Shown here one piece after another: positions 20,705 to 31,874 of a stretch of 64,000 bases of DNA. A program made the position numbers and the translations under genes. Position 1 is the stretch's first letter. Each line of letters begins with the position of its first letter. Origin of the DNA: an uncultured delta proteobacterium. GTDB taxonomy: Bacteria > Desulfobacterota > Syntrophobacteria > BM002. The notes under the pieces are model-generated. The model ran no database searches. It was not told the DNA's origin and saw only the letters and a program-made list of their open reading frames with translations. The stretch is from assembly GCA_963712115.1 (NCBI GenBank), contig CAVQGX010000030.1:1-64000 (forward strand), given 5' to 3'.

Positions 20705-20794
20705 GGCAGCAGGTAGAACTCAGAGGTCAGAGATCAGATGTCGGAGGTCAGGGTTAAAGCTGATCTCTGATCTCCGACTTCTGACCTCTGTGAT
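20705..20794. repeat. CAGAGGT-type heptamer hairpin element
   Basis: Near-identical to 42998-43086; AGAGGTCAGAGATCAG... pairs with ...CTGATCTCTGATCTCCGACTTCTGACCTCTG. Confidence 0.85.
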
Positions 20795-20911
20795 GGACGC
20801 CTTCAACGAATCAACTAATTCTCTAATCAACTAATTGACGAACTCCTTTGAGCTGTGAGCTGATTCAACGATTTTAACGGGTTGAACGAGTTCAACGATT
20901 GAAGTTGTGCG

Positions 20912-21862
20912 CTATGCGATCTTCATCGATTCTAATTTATTTTTGAAATACTCGATGGTTTGGCTCAACCCGGTTTTGAAGTCGATTTCGGGCTGCCAAT
21001 TGAGTTCAGCTTTGGCGAGAGCAATATCAGGACAACGTCTAACCGGGTCATCAGGGGGCAGGGGCTGGTATTCGATGCCGGCAGTGGATCCGGTAGTTTT
21101 GATTATGCTTTCTGCTAGTTCGGCGATGCTAATCTCTTGAGGATTACCAAGATTGACCGGGCCAACGAACTCTTCCTGTTCCATCATTGCTATCATACCC
21201 TTGACCATGTCGCTTACGTAGCAAAAGGAACGGGTATGACTGCCGTCACCATAGATTGTAAGAGGTTTTCCTCGCAGTGCCTGGGTTATGAAGTTGCTCA
21301 TAACTCGACCGTCGTTCAGGGCCATCCGCGGCCCATAAGTGTTGAAAATACGAACAATACGAATGTCAACTTGATTCTGGCGGTGATAGTCCATCATTAG
21401 GGTTTCAGCCACCCGCTTGCCTTCGTCATAACAGCTCCGCAGCCCAATGCAGTTAACGTTCCCCCAATAGGTTTCCGGTTGGGGGTGCAAAGTTGGATCG
21501 CCATACACCTCAGAGGTAGATGCCTGGAGGATGCGGGCCTTTACCCTTTTGGCTAGGCCGAGCATGTTCAAGGTCCCCATGACACTGGTCTTTACGGTCT
21601 TCACGGGATTGTATTGATAGTGAACCGGTGAAGCAGGGCAGGCAAGGTTGTAGATCTGGTCCACCTCGAGGAGAATACCGTTCACTAGATCGTGACGGAC
21701 CAGCTCAAAGCGGTAGTCGCTGAATAAATTTTTGATGTTGTCCTTGCTGCCGGTAAAAAAGTTATCGAGGCATACCACCTCGTTTCCTTTCTCCAGCAAT
21801 CGTTCGCACAGATGACTACCAATGAAACCGGCCCCGCCTGTAACCAGAATGCGTTTTGCCAT
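20912..21862 (-). CDS. uxs: UDP-glucuronate decarboxylase
   Basis: [51 protein letters not shown]. Confidence 0.93.
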   Translation of the reverse strand: MAKRILVTGGAGFIGSHLCERLLEKGNEVVCLDNFFTGSKDNIKNLFSDYRFELVRHDLVNGILLEVDQIYNLACPASPVHYQYNPVKTVKTSVMGTLNMLGLAKRVKARILQASTSEVYGDPTLHPQPETYWGNVNCIGLRSCYDEGKRVAETLMMDYHRQNQVDIRIVRIFNTYGPRMALNDGRVMSNFITQALRGKPLTIYGDGSHTRSFCYVSDMVKGMIAMMEQEEFVGPVNLGNPQEISIAELAESIIKTTGSTAGIEYQPLPPDDPVRRCPDIALAKAELNWQPEIDFKTGLSQTIEYFKNKLESMKIA

Positions 21863-22042
21863 ACTATCCTCCGGATAGGCATGGAGCATGGAGCATGGAC
21901 TGGGCAAAACTCGTTACCCTTTGCACCTTGCTCTGTGCTCTTGGCCTACTGAATTCTGGCTCCTATCTTCAAGTGATTGGAGTTATCAGAGTTGAAAGCA
22001 ATTGTTATGCCCGAAAGGGTTTATAAACTCAGTTACATTCAG

Positions 22043-23011
22043 TTAAAATTTTTGGTTCTGATGCCAGTTCCAGGCGGTGGAAATAATTTCATCCAGGGAA
22101 TAGTGAGGACTCCAGTTGAGGATTTCCCTGGCCTTGTCTCCTGAAGCCACGAGTTCTGGAGGATCTCCGGGCCTTGGCCCCACATCTCTGTGTGGGATGG
22201 TACACTGACAAATCTGCTGGCAATGCTCAAATACTTCTCGTACGGAGTGACCTTTGCCCGTGCCCAGATTGAGGGAGATGCTTTGGCCGCCCGAGAGAAG
22301 ATAGCTGAGGGCTGAAACGTGGGCCTCCGCCAGGTCACACACATGGATGTAATCGCGGATACAGGTGCCGTCTGAAGTGGGGTAGTCGGTGCCAAAAATT
22401 TGTATCTCAGATCGACGGCCTAGAGCAGCCTGCAACACCAGGGGAATCAAATGGGTTTCAGGATCGTGCGACTCGCCGATACGTCCTTGAGGGTCAGCAC
22501 CGGCTGCATTGAAATAACGCAAGGAGACATGTTTTATACCGTGGGCAACTTCATAACTGGAGAGGATCTCCTCAAAGAAATGCTTGGTCAGACCGTATGG
22601 ATTTATCGGACTTTTGGCATGGGTTTCGGGAATGGGAATCTCAGAGGGGTCGCCGTAAACCGCACAGGAGGAGGAAAAAATGATCTTGTCCACCCCAGAC
22701 TTCAGCATGGCGTTGAGAAGATTGAGGCCATTGACCAAGTTGTTGTTGAAGTATTTTTCGGGCGTTTCCACGGATTCGCCCACATAGCAGAAAGCGGCAA
22801 AGTGAACAACTGCTTCAATTGGAAATGTATCGAATAAGCGGCTAAGGGCGGTATTATCAGCCAGGTCCGCCTGAAGGAAATGACCTTCCAGGACTGCCTC
22901 ACGGTGACCATAGCAAAGATTGTCAAGGGTAACCGGCTCGTGGCCACCATCCACTAAACTCAGCAATGTGTGGCTGCCGATATAGCCGGCACCTCCAGTA
23001 ACAAGGATCAT
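22043..23011 (-). CDS. galE: UDP-glucose 4-epimerase
   Basis: TGGAGYIGSH, HFAA..VGES, NPYGLTK, LRYFNAAGA, DGTCIRDYIHV. Confidence 0.95.
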   Translation of the reverse strand: MILVTGGAGYIGSHTLLSLVDGGHEPVTLDNLCYGHREAVLEGHFLQADLADNTALSRLFDTFPIEAVVHFAAFCYVGESVETPEKYFNNNLVNGLNLLNAMLKSGVDKIIFSSSCAVYGDPSEIPIPETHAKSPINPYGLTKHFFEEILSSYEVAHGIKHVSLRYFNAAGADPQGRIGESHDPETHLIPLVLQAALGRRSEIQIFGTDYPTSDGTCIRDYIHVCDLAEAHVSALSYLLSGGQSISLNLGTGKGHSVREVFEHCQQICQCTIPHRDVGPRPGDPPELVASGDKAREILNWSPHYSLDEIISTAWNWHQNQKF

Positions 23012-23235
23012 TAGCAAAATCCCTAATGACGGGCGTAAGCCCAAATGACATAGTGACGGCGAAGCCAAATAACTGGGCGCAACAGGCTGCGCCCTATGGA
23101 GGGCTTATTCCACATTAGAGGGGGAGTGTCAAGAGTTGGGACTACAAAGTAATTTAAATTTCAGAAAATATCCTTGAAGGCACCTGTGGGTTTCGCTATA
23201 GTTGCGGCACAGTTCTTGTAAGAGGAGGCACTGAC

Positions 23236-24426
23236 ATGGCCGTTGCTGCAAAAATACAGGATGCCATAGAACGCTCGTCGTGGATCCGTAAAATGTTCGA
23301 GGAAGGAGCCCGTCTCAAGGCTCTTCACGGTCCTGATAAGGTTTACGATTTCAGTCTAGGGAATCCAGACCTGGAGCCGCCAGAAAAGTTTCGCCAGGTG
23401 CTTGGTTCAGTCATTGCTGAGTCGCCCACTGGAGCCCACGCCTATATGCCCAATGCCGGCTATGAGGAAACTCGTGCTGCGGTGGCCGACTACGTGAGTC
23501 GGGAGCAGGGAGTAAGGGTTGGGAGCGAGCACGTGGTGATGACCTGTGGAGCTGCTGGGGCTCTGAACTGCATTTTCAAAGCCCTTCTCGATCCAGGGGA
23601 GGAGGTAATCGTTTCAGCGCCATACTTCGTGGAATATGGCTTTTATGCGGATAATCACGGAGGTCAGATACGAGTAGTTTCAACTAAGGACGATTTCACT
23701 CTCGATCTAGGGGCCATTGAGAAAGCAATCAACTCCAGAACTAAGGTGGTTTTAATCAATTCTCCCAATAATCCCTCAGGACAGATTTACGACCGCGACT
23801 CTTTGAAACAACTCGGCGACCTGTTGACTGCCAGCAGCAAGAAGATGGGTAGGACGCTATATCTGGTCTCAGATGAACCCTACCGGAAAATTGTCTACGA
23901 TGGCTTCGAGGTGCCAAGCATTTTCGAGGCATATCCCAATAGCATTGTAGCTACTTCCTACTCCAAGGACGTTTCCTTGCCGGGTGAGCGTCTCGGCTAT
24001 CTGGTAGTTCATCCGGAGGCAGATGAGGTGAAGGGTATGATGGGTGGCTTTGTCTTGGCAAACCGGATTCTCGGCTTCGTCAATGCTCCAGCTTTGATGC
24101 AGCGGGTGGTTACCCATCTTCAAGGAGCTTGCGTGGATGTGGGGGTGTATCAAGCTCGAAGAGATCTTTTTTGCCAGGGACTGGCTGATGCCGGCTATGA
24201 ATTGGTCAAACCCCGGGGAGCTTTCTATCTCTTCCCCAAGAGCCCCGTTGCCGACGACGTATCCTTTGTCCGCTTACTTCAGGAAGAAAACATCTTGGTT
24301 GTACCCGGCAGCGGTTTTGGGTCTCCCGGGTATTTCAGGATTGCCTATTGTGTTGGAAAAAAGACAATTGAGAGTGGTATGCCAGGATTTGCCAGGGCAC
24401 GGAAGCGGGCCCTTGGGAAGGCATAG
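23236..24426 (+). CDS. Class I PLP aminotransferase (aspartate aminotransferase-like)
   Basis: SWIRKMFE, DFSLGNP, NSPNNPSG, SDEPY, SYSKDVSLPGERLG. Confidence 0.9.
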   Translation: MAVAAKIQDAIERSSWIRKMFEEGARLKALHGPDKVYDFSLGNPDLEPPEKFRQVLGSVIAESPTGAHAYMPNAGYEETRAAVADYVSREQGVRVGSEHVVMTCGAAGALNCIFKALLDPGEEVIVSAPYFVEYGFYADNHGGQIRVVSTKDDFTLDLGAIEKAINSRTKVVLINSPNNPSGQIYDRDSLKQLGDLLTASSKKMGRTLYLVSDEPYRKIVYDGFEVPSIFEAYPNSIVATSYSKDVSLPGERLGYLVVHPEADEVKGMMGGFVLANRILGFVNAPALMQRVVTHLQGACVDVGVYQARRDLFCQGLADAGYELVKPRGAFYLFPKSPVADDVSFVRLLQEENILVVPGSGFGSPGYFRIAYCVGKKTIESGMPGFARARKRALGKA

Positions 24427-24578
24427 GGCATGGAGCATGGGGAGACAGCTAGCAGAAGTCAGAGATCAGAGATCGGAGGTCAGAGGTCAGAGATCAGAGG
24501 GCAGACGACGGAGGACAGAGGACAGATTTCAGCAGGGAACAGGCAGCGGGCAGCAAGCAGAGGTCAGAGGTCAGGAGT

Positions 24579-25174
24579 CACATATGAAAAGTGAAGTAAA
24601 GAAAAACTTATCCATTACCGTGAAATCGAGTTTTTGACTTCACAGGACGACCGTGAGCCTTGTTGGCCATGTGGGAGCAGACCATCACTTAACTTATGAA
24701 GTGTGCATACACAGTCGGGTGATCGGATCAACATGACAGTGCGGGCCGTGTTCTTTCCAGTCAGATATATGAGTCTGTTTTTCCTGAGAGGAAAATGACT
24801 AGGGTCACATTGGGTATAAAGGCCGGGGGCCTATCCAGAGGTCGAGCCTGTCGCCCCGAAGCATCGGGGGTGGCTAGACGTCTATTGATCGAGACTCACC
24901 CGGCAACCCGGATCCGCCGGACTGGTCTGCGCACTTCAGTCCAGTTAATGGTGCTGTCTCCTTTAGACAACGTTCATCTGTGGCGAATCCAGGAACAGTT
25001 CAGGCCTGGAGACGGTGATACGCTAAGAGGCGATACGAGAGTTTAAATGAGCAAGTGGGAGCGAAGGGAATTCTTGAGCTCATAGCGACGACCTCACAGC
25101 TCGAGGTGTGAAATGGTTTTCGGTAGAAGTCAGCTTTATAGCGACCAGCAGGTCAGTCCGTTTTTCATTAACCA
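24579..25174 (-). mobile_element. Second IS1111-type copy lacking almost all of the transposase
   Basis: 24579-25007 is the reverse complement of about 41981-42409 with two substitutions seen; degenerate left end TGGTTAATGAAAAACGGAC. Confidence 0.85.
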
Positions 25175-25349
25175 GAGGTCAGGGGTGAAGCTGATCTCAG
25201 ATCTCCGACTTCTGACCTCTGTGATAGACGACTTGAACGGCTTGAACGACTGGAACGTTTCGAAGGCTTTGATGAATTAACTGGATTTGCCCTCGGTGGC
25301 GCCGCAAGGTAAAATAAAAATTTCTGGGTTTGAACTTGAGAGATAAATA

Positions 25350-26283
25350 ATGGAACCGAGTTACCTCAAAACTCACAAAGACTCCATTCTTCAAGAACGA
25401 GTCGAGAGCGCTCTGTCCATTCTCGAAAACTGCCGTCTCTGCCCGAGGCATTGCGAGGTCAATCGACTGGAAGGTGAATTGGGCGTCTGCAAGACGGGAC
25501 GTAAGGCGGTGGTCTCGAGCTACAGCCCCCATTTTGGCGAAGAGGATCCCCTGGTTGGCCGGGAAGGGTCCGGCACAATCTTCATGACCCACTGCAATCT
25601 GGGCTGTGTGTTTTGCCAGAACTACGAAATCAGTCATTTGTCTGAAGGGGTTCAAGTGAGCGCAACTGACTTGGCCCAAATCATGCTTACTTTGCAGCGG
25701 CGAGGCTGTCATAACATCAATTTTGTCACTCCCACCCACATGGTGCCCCAGATTCTCGAGGCCCTGCAAGAGGCCATCGAAGGAGGGTTGAAGGTTCCAC
25801 TAGTTTACAATTGTGGCGGCTATGAAGAGGTGGATACTCTGAGGCTCTTGGATGGAATTTTTGACATTTATATGCCGGATTTCAAATTCTGGGACTCCGA
25901 AGTGGCGGCTCGCTTCTGTTCCGCCCCTGATTATGCTGAAAAGGCATGTGCGGCAGTAAAGGAGATGCACCGACAGGTGGGAGATCTTACCCTGGATCAA
26001 GAAGGTATTGCCCAGCGTGGCTTGCTTATTCGGCACCTGGTTATGCCCGAAGGGCTGGCTGGTACCCGTGAGGTCATGCGGTTTCTCGCTAACGAAGTTT
26101 CCAAGGACACCTACGTGAATGTGATGAGCCAGTATCGCCCCTGCGGCGAGGCTCATAATTTCCCGGAATTGAGACGGTCCCATTACTGCAGGGGAGTTTC
26201 GTGATGCTGTAAGCATGGCTCAGGAAGAGGGAATCCATCGTCTGGATGAGCGGAGGTTGATCAAGCTATTTAAATGGCTGTAG
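25350..26283 (+). CDS. Radical SAM protein, PflX-like; frameshift near 26180
   Basis: CRLCPRHC, HFGEE, CNLGCVFCQN, NINFVTPTH, DIYMPDFK, RHLVMP; C-terminus ITAGEFRDAV..KWL-stop in the shifted frame. Confidence 0.88.
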
Positions 26284-26298
26284 GGAACTTCGTCCCCA

Positions 26299-26412
26299 CT
26301 GGAATATTGGAATAATGGAATAGTGGAATGATGGGTCCAAAGGAAGTTACAGCCTCAAGGTTATTAATGATTTTGGCACCAAATATTCCATGATTCTAAC
26401 ATTCCAGTATTC
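26299..26412. repeat. GGAATANT octamer-repeat palindrome
   Basis: ggaatattggaataatggaatagtggaatg paired with attccatgattctaacattccagtattc; related element at 53514-53613. Confidence 0.7.
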
Positions 26413-26480
26413 AAGAAGCTAAGCGACGGTGAAAGGAATTTAATTTCAACAGCGTGTAGAGATTTCGGGACGTTAATACT

Positions 26481-27161
26481 ATGGATTTGACAGAACGCAT
26501 TTTTGTTATAGGCGACATACACGGATGTCTCAACAAACTCGAGCTTCTATGGGGCAAAATTGACCCTCGCCCCGGTGTGGACCAGCTTGTGTTCCTTGGT
26601 GATTACATTGATAGGGGTGAGGATTCAAGCGGCGTAGTGGATTTTCTTTTACAGCTGAAACAAGCCTACCCTGACACTATTTTCTTGATGGGAAATCACG
26701 AAAAAATGTTCATTGATTTTCTCTCGGGAGTTGAGCGAGCTCTATTTATCTACAACGGCGGCGAGTCCACTCTCAAGAGCTATATGGTCCGCATGGAGAA
26801 CTTCTGGGACAATAGTCAAGCAGTACTGGATGAGGAAACCCTAAATCAGCTGGTGCCTGAAAACCACCGCGCCTTTCTACAAGAACTGCACCCTTTCTAC
26901 GAAACCGATAATTACATCATGGTCCACGCCGGACTAAGACATGGTGTGCCCCTGGAGAATCAGAGCCTCGACGATCTGGTCTGGATGCGGGAAGAATTCA
27001 TCTACTCCGAGGAGGATTTTGGCAAGCGGATTATCTTCGGTCATACCCCTTTTGTGCGCCCTCTGGTGCTGCCCAACAAGATAGGCATAGATACCGGGGC
27101 AGTGTATGGAAACAATCTCACCTGTCTAATCTTGCCCGATCTAGAGTTTATCAGCGTTTAA
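26481..27161 (+). CDS. PPP-family Ser/Thr metallophosphoesterase
   Basis: GDIHG, GDYIDRG, GNHE, VHAG, GHTP, IDTG. Confidence 0.92.
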   Translation: MDLTERIFVIGDIHGCLNKLELLWGKIDPRPGVDQLVFLGDYIDRGEDSSGVVDFLLQLKQAYPDTIFLMGNHEKMFIDFLSGVERALFIYNGGESTLKSYMVRMENFWDNSQAVLDEETLNQLVPENHRAFLQELHPFYETDNYIMVHAGLRHGVPLENQSLDDLVWMREEFIYSEEDFGKRIIFGHTPFVRPLVLPNKIGIDTGAVYGNNLTCLILPDLEFISV

Positions 27162-27368
27162 AAGCATAGAGCAAAGAGCCCGGGGCCATTAGTCATTTGG
27201 CTTCGCAGTTACTACGCTGTGCTGTCATTGATTGTCATATATTGTAAAGACATAATGAATCAATGACGACCGCAAGGCCTAATGACGGGCGCAGCCCTAA
27301 TGACAGCGAAGCGCAATTGCGCGCAGCGTATTGACCCATCGCTGTGCCTAGTAACTAGTCTTTAGTGC

Positions 27369-29742
27369 CTACTCGCTAAGCGTGCGCACCGTGATCGGCT
27401 CGCTTTTCTCGCTCTCCAGCCCGTCTTTGTCTGTGGCTGTTATACTTATGCTGTAATCATCTCCGGGTTTTAAAGTATCTATGGTGAATTCGACCTTGTC
27501 GGTGCTGCCGATTTCTTTGTCCATGAAAAAAGAGCGCAAGTAAATTTTGTAATTGGCAATGTCCGACTCTGGGTTTGGTTTCCACTTGAGCTCGAATCCA
27601 TTGGCAAGAGGTTTCACCTCAAGGCCGGCAGGTGGTTTTGGCAAAGGTTTGGTTGTGGCTTCTACGTTGCTAGAAAAGTCGCTCAGTAGTTTGTCCTCAT
27701 CCTCCACTTGGAGCCTGTAGACGTAAGTGGTGCCGTGGTCGAGTTTGACATCTTCATAAAGGGTCGTGTCTGCGGGCAGCTTTTCTACCTCTTTGAATTT
27801 GTCCCCGCTCCGCCTGCGGTGAAGCTGATAATGCTTGATGTCCGTTTCGGGATTAGGATTCCAGGCCAGGGCGATCTTACCAGGCAGTCCTCCCTGGGCG
27901 CTGAGACCAGTCGGTGTTGTCGGTCTTGGCTTGGTGGTTGCCGAGGCAATTGAGCATGGGTCGCTGTTTACATCTACTTTGTTGTAAGAGGTAATCATGT
28001 AATGGTAAGTTGCGTTGTCGTCTAGGGGACGGTTGCGATCTCCCCGGTCGAGGAAAGTGGTCTTTTCTCTACTTTTGACTTTGCCTATCTGTTTGAATTC
28101 ACCGGACTCAGTATTGTTCCAGAAAATGTAGTAACCCTCTACTTCCTTTTCCGGGCGGATCTTCCAGGAGAGTTTGACTTCCTTGACCAAACCGCTTTGG
28201 GCAGCCAAACCTTCAGGAGTGGGCGGCTTGCCTCTGGTAGTGGTCGAGGCAATTTCCGACAGGCCGGTTTCGCGCCCCTTATTGTCATAAACGGTCATCC
28301 TGTAGTAGTAAGTTGCGGCATCGCCTAGGTTCTGTTCATCCACAAATGAATCTTTTTTGTACCCTTCCACCTCCCCAATCCGCTCGAAGGTACCTTCCGC
28401 GGAGGTGTTTCTGTAAAGGCGGTAGCCTTTGACTTGTGAAAATGGCGTGGGATGCCACTGCAGGTGAATCTCTCTAATCATATCCCCCATTGCCTGGAGA
28501 CCAGCGGGTCTACTAACAGTGGAGCCCTCAAGAGTACTGGAAAAATCGCTCTCTATCCCTTTGCTGTTGAAAGCGGTGAGGCGATAGTAATATTTGGCTC
28601 CATCAGCGAGCCCTGAATCTTCGTATTCAAACTGCTTCAGTCTGAGTTGGCTCAGGTTTTCGCTCTCCACCGAAATAGAGCCAACCCAGACGTATTCACC
28701 CTCCGGCTCTGTGGCCCGGTAGATCTTGAATCCGCTCACCTCTGTGCCTTCATCACCTTTGCGGGGGTTTGTGGTCCAACGGATGCTGATGCTAGCTATA
28801 AGAGATGTGGCATCGAGGATAATAGGGCTAAATGGGCTTGGCGCTGTCTCAGCTGCTATGACGGTTGATGTTGGGCTTTCTTTCCCTTCCTCATTGAAGG
28901 CCTGAACTTTGTAATAATAAGTGCGGTTGTTCTCCAAATCAGCATCATCAGTAAAGGTGTTTTTAGTTACACTCGCAACTTTGGAAAAGGGTCCCATTGG
29001 CGTGGTCCCTCTAAACACTTTATAGCCACGAAGGTTGGACTCCTTATTTGGATGCCAAGTAAGAACGACCTTTTGGGAACCCCCGCGGGCCTGCAAACCT
29101 TCCGGTTGAGCTGGACAGGGGGAAACTTCTTGCTTTTGGACCATTACCGGAGACGGGTGGTACTGCTGTGCGATTTGGACTATCTCCCTGGTGATTTCCT
29201 CGATTTTTTGCCGCAGGGCTGCAAAGCCGAAAACTTGCTCAGTGCGGTGGAGCAAGTTTTCGCCTCGGCATATTTCCACAAATTTCACTTCGAACTCAAT
29301 TGTGCTTCCAACCTTTTTTACATTACCGAAGATAATTCCATCCAAACCCAGACGGATGCCTACCGTCTGCACCACAGAGATCATCTTCGCTCTGCTGAAT
29401 CCCAGCACGCCGCAGGCTGTCTTCTAATCCTTTACGATTCATGACCTCCAAGATCTGATGCTGAGTAAGCAAGGTCATGAAAAGGTTGGAGATGGTGGCA
29501 TCGCAGCCGGCAGCACCGAGGTTGAGAATGTTAAAGGTGAATACTGCTATTCTGATGCGTCTGTCAGCCTGGGCAAAATGGTGTGTTGCAATATTCTCCT
29601 GGGGGTGAACCACGGTTGAGGGCTGCAGGTGAGAATTTGGCGGAGGCAGAACTCTCGCTCCGGAAGATATTGAAGTAACACAGATAACTAGGGCAACGAG
29701 GAAAAAGGAGAACACCTCTTCCTCGAGGGCGAAGGCCTCCAT
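27369..29742 (-). CDS. Exported protein: CsgG/TolB-N-like domain followed by about six fibronectin type III repeats; frameshift near 29385; start uncertain
   Basis: IRIAVFTF..LEVMNRKGLE then VGIRLGLDGIIFGNV; repeated P.GL.A..L.W..GY..YR..F.D..L....YYY. Confidence 0.8.
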
Positions 29743-29826
29743 AGGACAGAACTCCAAAGTCAATTGGGTCTGGTCCAAAAAGGGGACTGAGAAGGGGACC
29801 AATTCATGAAACATCCGGGCTAGTGA

Positions 29827-31818
29827 TCAGAGTTCACTGATTAGTTGGTCGACAACCTCCATGGACTTCTTGCTGATAGGGCTTTCGATTCCCTTAGTGC
29901 GCTCATCGTAGATGGCGTCTACATACTTCTCGATGGCTTCTTCGTGGCGGCGACGTTGCCGCAGAATCTCCCCCTCGTCGAAATAAGTGGTCTGGAGACT
30001 CTGAAATGGTTTCAGGACCACCAAAGCAAGGTCGCGAACCACTTCGGCGGTCACTTGCTCGAGCAGTTGGCTTTCGGTAGGCAACTCCAGAGGGTTATAA
30101 GGAATGTTGGCTTCAGCGATACCATCATTCCACTCGTCTGTTACCTCCGCATTACGCTTAATGGTATCCGTTGCTATGATTTCTCCTTTTTTGGCATCGA
30201 TGATTTTGTAGTAGATATGCACAGCAGCACGCATTTTGTTGCGGCCCACCGTATAGTTTTCATAGCGGTATTCCGGGACCTGTATCACGGCTGGGGGCGC
30301 TTGTTTGAGTTGCTCAGAAGTGGGATTGGGATGCATGGCCTTCCAGTTGAGAAACTCTGGGTTATCTTGGACCTTGGTGCCCGTTTGAATCTTGGCCGCC
30401 TTACTCGCCTTGGTCTCATCTTTTTCGGTCTTGTAGAGGAGGACATTTCCCATAATAAAGATGTCAATCCCGGTCATGCGTCCTACTTTCCGGGCAGCTT
30501 CCATATCACCAACGATTCCTGCTTGCTCTAAATTCATCTCTTTCAGGATCGACTGAAGGTCCTGACGCTCCAAGATGCGAATGTCACCACTGGAATTGTT
30601 GAACAGATAGGTAATGAGGTTAGAGGAGGCGTTAGATCCAGCATCTGGATTATAAGATGGGCTGGAAAAGTCAAATACAGCAATAGCTCGTCTCAGCCGC
30701 TTTTTGATTACGTCCTCGGTCTCCTGGATCTTGTAGAAAAGCTCAGGATACTCGGGATTGATCTCGTTTAGCTGCCAGTACCAGGCCAGAGCGTTGCCGT
30801 GTTTACCCTGATCAATATATTTAGAGGATCTTTGCAGGACCTTTGTTGTGTAACTTTCCACGGCTTCTTTGAAAAAGAAACTGTTGCGCAATGAAGGTGA
30901 GTAGGCAAGGGCCTTTTGGTACTCTTTGTTGGCGAGGTAGAGGCGATTCTCCTTGGCGCGCTGGTTAGCTAGGCCGAAGTAGTGTCTGCCGGCTTCCAAT
31001 TTAGCTTTGACTAGTAAGGTCCGGACATTGGCGTCTCCAGGAGCATATGACAGAGCAGTTTCGTAAAAACCTACGGCCCGGTCCCATTCTTTGGCACTTG
31101 ACATCTCAGCCGCACGGCTGAGGAAGTATTCCGGGTTGTCATTCTTTTTTACCTGCTCCACCAGCATGTGGGTATTTTTATAAGAGGGATCGATTGTCAA
31201 GACTTTGCCGAAAGAGTTCAATGCCCCTTTCCAGTCCTCGCGTTGAACTGCAGCAATACCTTGTTTATAGTATTCATCGGTTCCTGCGGCCACAGCCATA
31301 GCCAGCTTATCTTCGGTGTCTTCGTAATTGGGATAAATATCGTTTACCTTGTGGAAGTTTATAAATGCTTCAAACCATTGCTCTTTGTTGAGAGCTGTTA
31401 CTCCCTGCTCGTAGGAACTTTTCGCCTCTTCGGTCAATTCTTTTTTCTTGGCTTCAAGTTGTCGATGTAATGAGATAATTTTTTCGTTTTCTGGATCGAG
31501 TTCAATGGCCTTGTTGAGGCTTGCCATGGTTCTGGTTACTGCTTGATAGTCTTTGACAGCAGCTCCAGTCCAAGTGTTGACAGCCCTCTGGTAATACTTG
31601 TTTGCTGCTTCCTGCTGGGCTTTCTGCAGGGCCTCCTGATAGGTCTTATTCTTGGGCTCTTGCGCTAGGGCATCTTTGTAAAAGGCTATGGCTCCTTCCC
31701 AGTTTCCCATCTGACTCAGCTCTTCTCCCTGCCGGTAGCTATCTTTTCCGGGAGCACAGGTGGTCAGAAGCAAAAGTGCTGTCAGCAATGGTAGGTATCG
31801 CAGCCATTTTTTCTGCAT
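29827..31818 (-). CDS. TPR lipoprotein with C-terminal CsgG/HfaB-like domain
   Basis: Lipobox-like LTTC; several TPRs; IAVFDF..ILERQDLQSILKE..ARKVGRMTGIDIFIMGNV. Confidence 0.85.
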   Translation of the reverse strand: MQKKWLRYLPLLTALLLLTTCAPGKDSYRQGEELSQMGNWEGAIAFYKDALAQEPKNKTYQEALQKAQQEAANKYYQRAVNTWTGAAVKDYQAVTRTMASLNKAIELDPENEKIISLHRQLEAKKKELTEEAKSSYEQGVTALNKEQWFEAFINFHKVNDIYPNYEDTEDKLAMAVAAGTDEYYKQGIAAVQREDWKGALNSFGKVLTIDPSYKNTHMLVEQVKKNDNPEYFLSRAAEMSSAKEWDRAVGFYETALSYAPGDANVRTLLVKAKLEAGRHYFGLANQRAKENRLYLANKEYQKALAYSPSLRNSFFFKEAVESYTTKVLQRSSKYIDQGKHGNALAWYWQLNEINPEYPELFYKIQETEDVIKKRLRRAIAVFDFSSPSYNPDAGSNASSNLITYLFNNSSGDIRILERQDLQSILKEMNLEQAGIVGDMEAARKVGRMTGIDIFIMGNVLLYKTEKDETKASKAAKIQTGTKVQDNPEFLNWKAMHPNPTSEQLKQAPPAVIQVPEYRYENYTVGRNKMRAAVHIYYKIIDAKKGEIIATDTIKRNAEVTDEWNDGIAEANIPYNPLELPTESQLLEQVTAEVVRDLALVVLKPFQSLQTTYFDEGEILRQRRRHEEAIEKYVDAIYDERTKGIESPISKKSMEVVDQLISEL

Positions 31819-31874
31819 AGTTAGCCTCCCTGATTTTCACCAGCCCTACGCTTACATTATTCTAAGGGCAGTAA

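Noticed and set aside
24425-24578. Short tandem repeats as a CRISPR array
   Set aside because: 7-bp degenerate units with no unique spacers, and no cas genes in the window.
24137-24637. ORF with QRSEVRG repeats
   Set aside because: Translation of CAGAGGT heptamers overlapping the aminotransferase; not a credible gene.
1-29400. Frameshifts in the TolB-like, NIL-ferredoxin, GH57, PflX-like and FN3 genes as pseudogenes or programmed frameshifting
   Set aside because: Single-base indels, several in short homopolymers, in otherwise intact unrelated genes; consensus error is the simplest explanation. Reads are needed to settle it.
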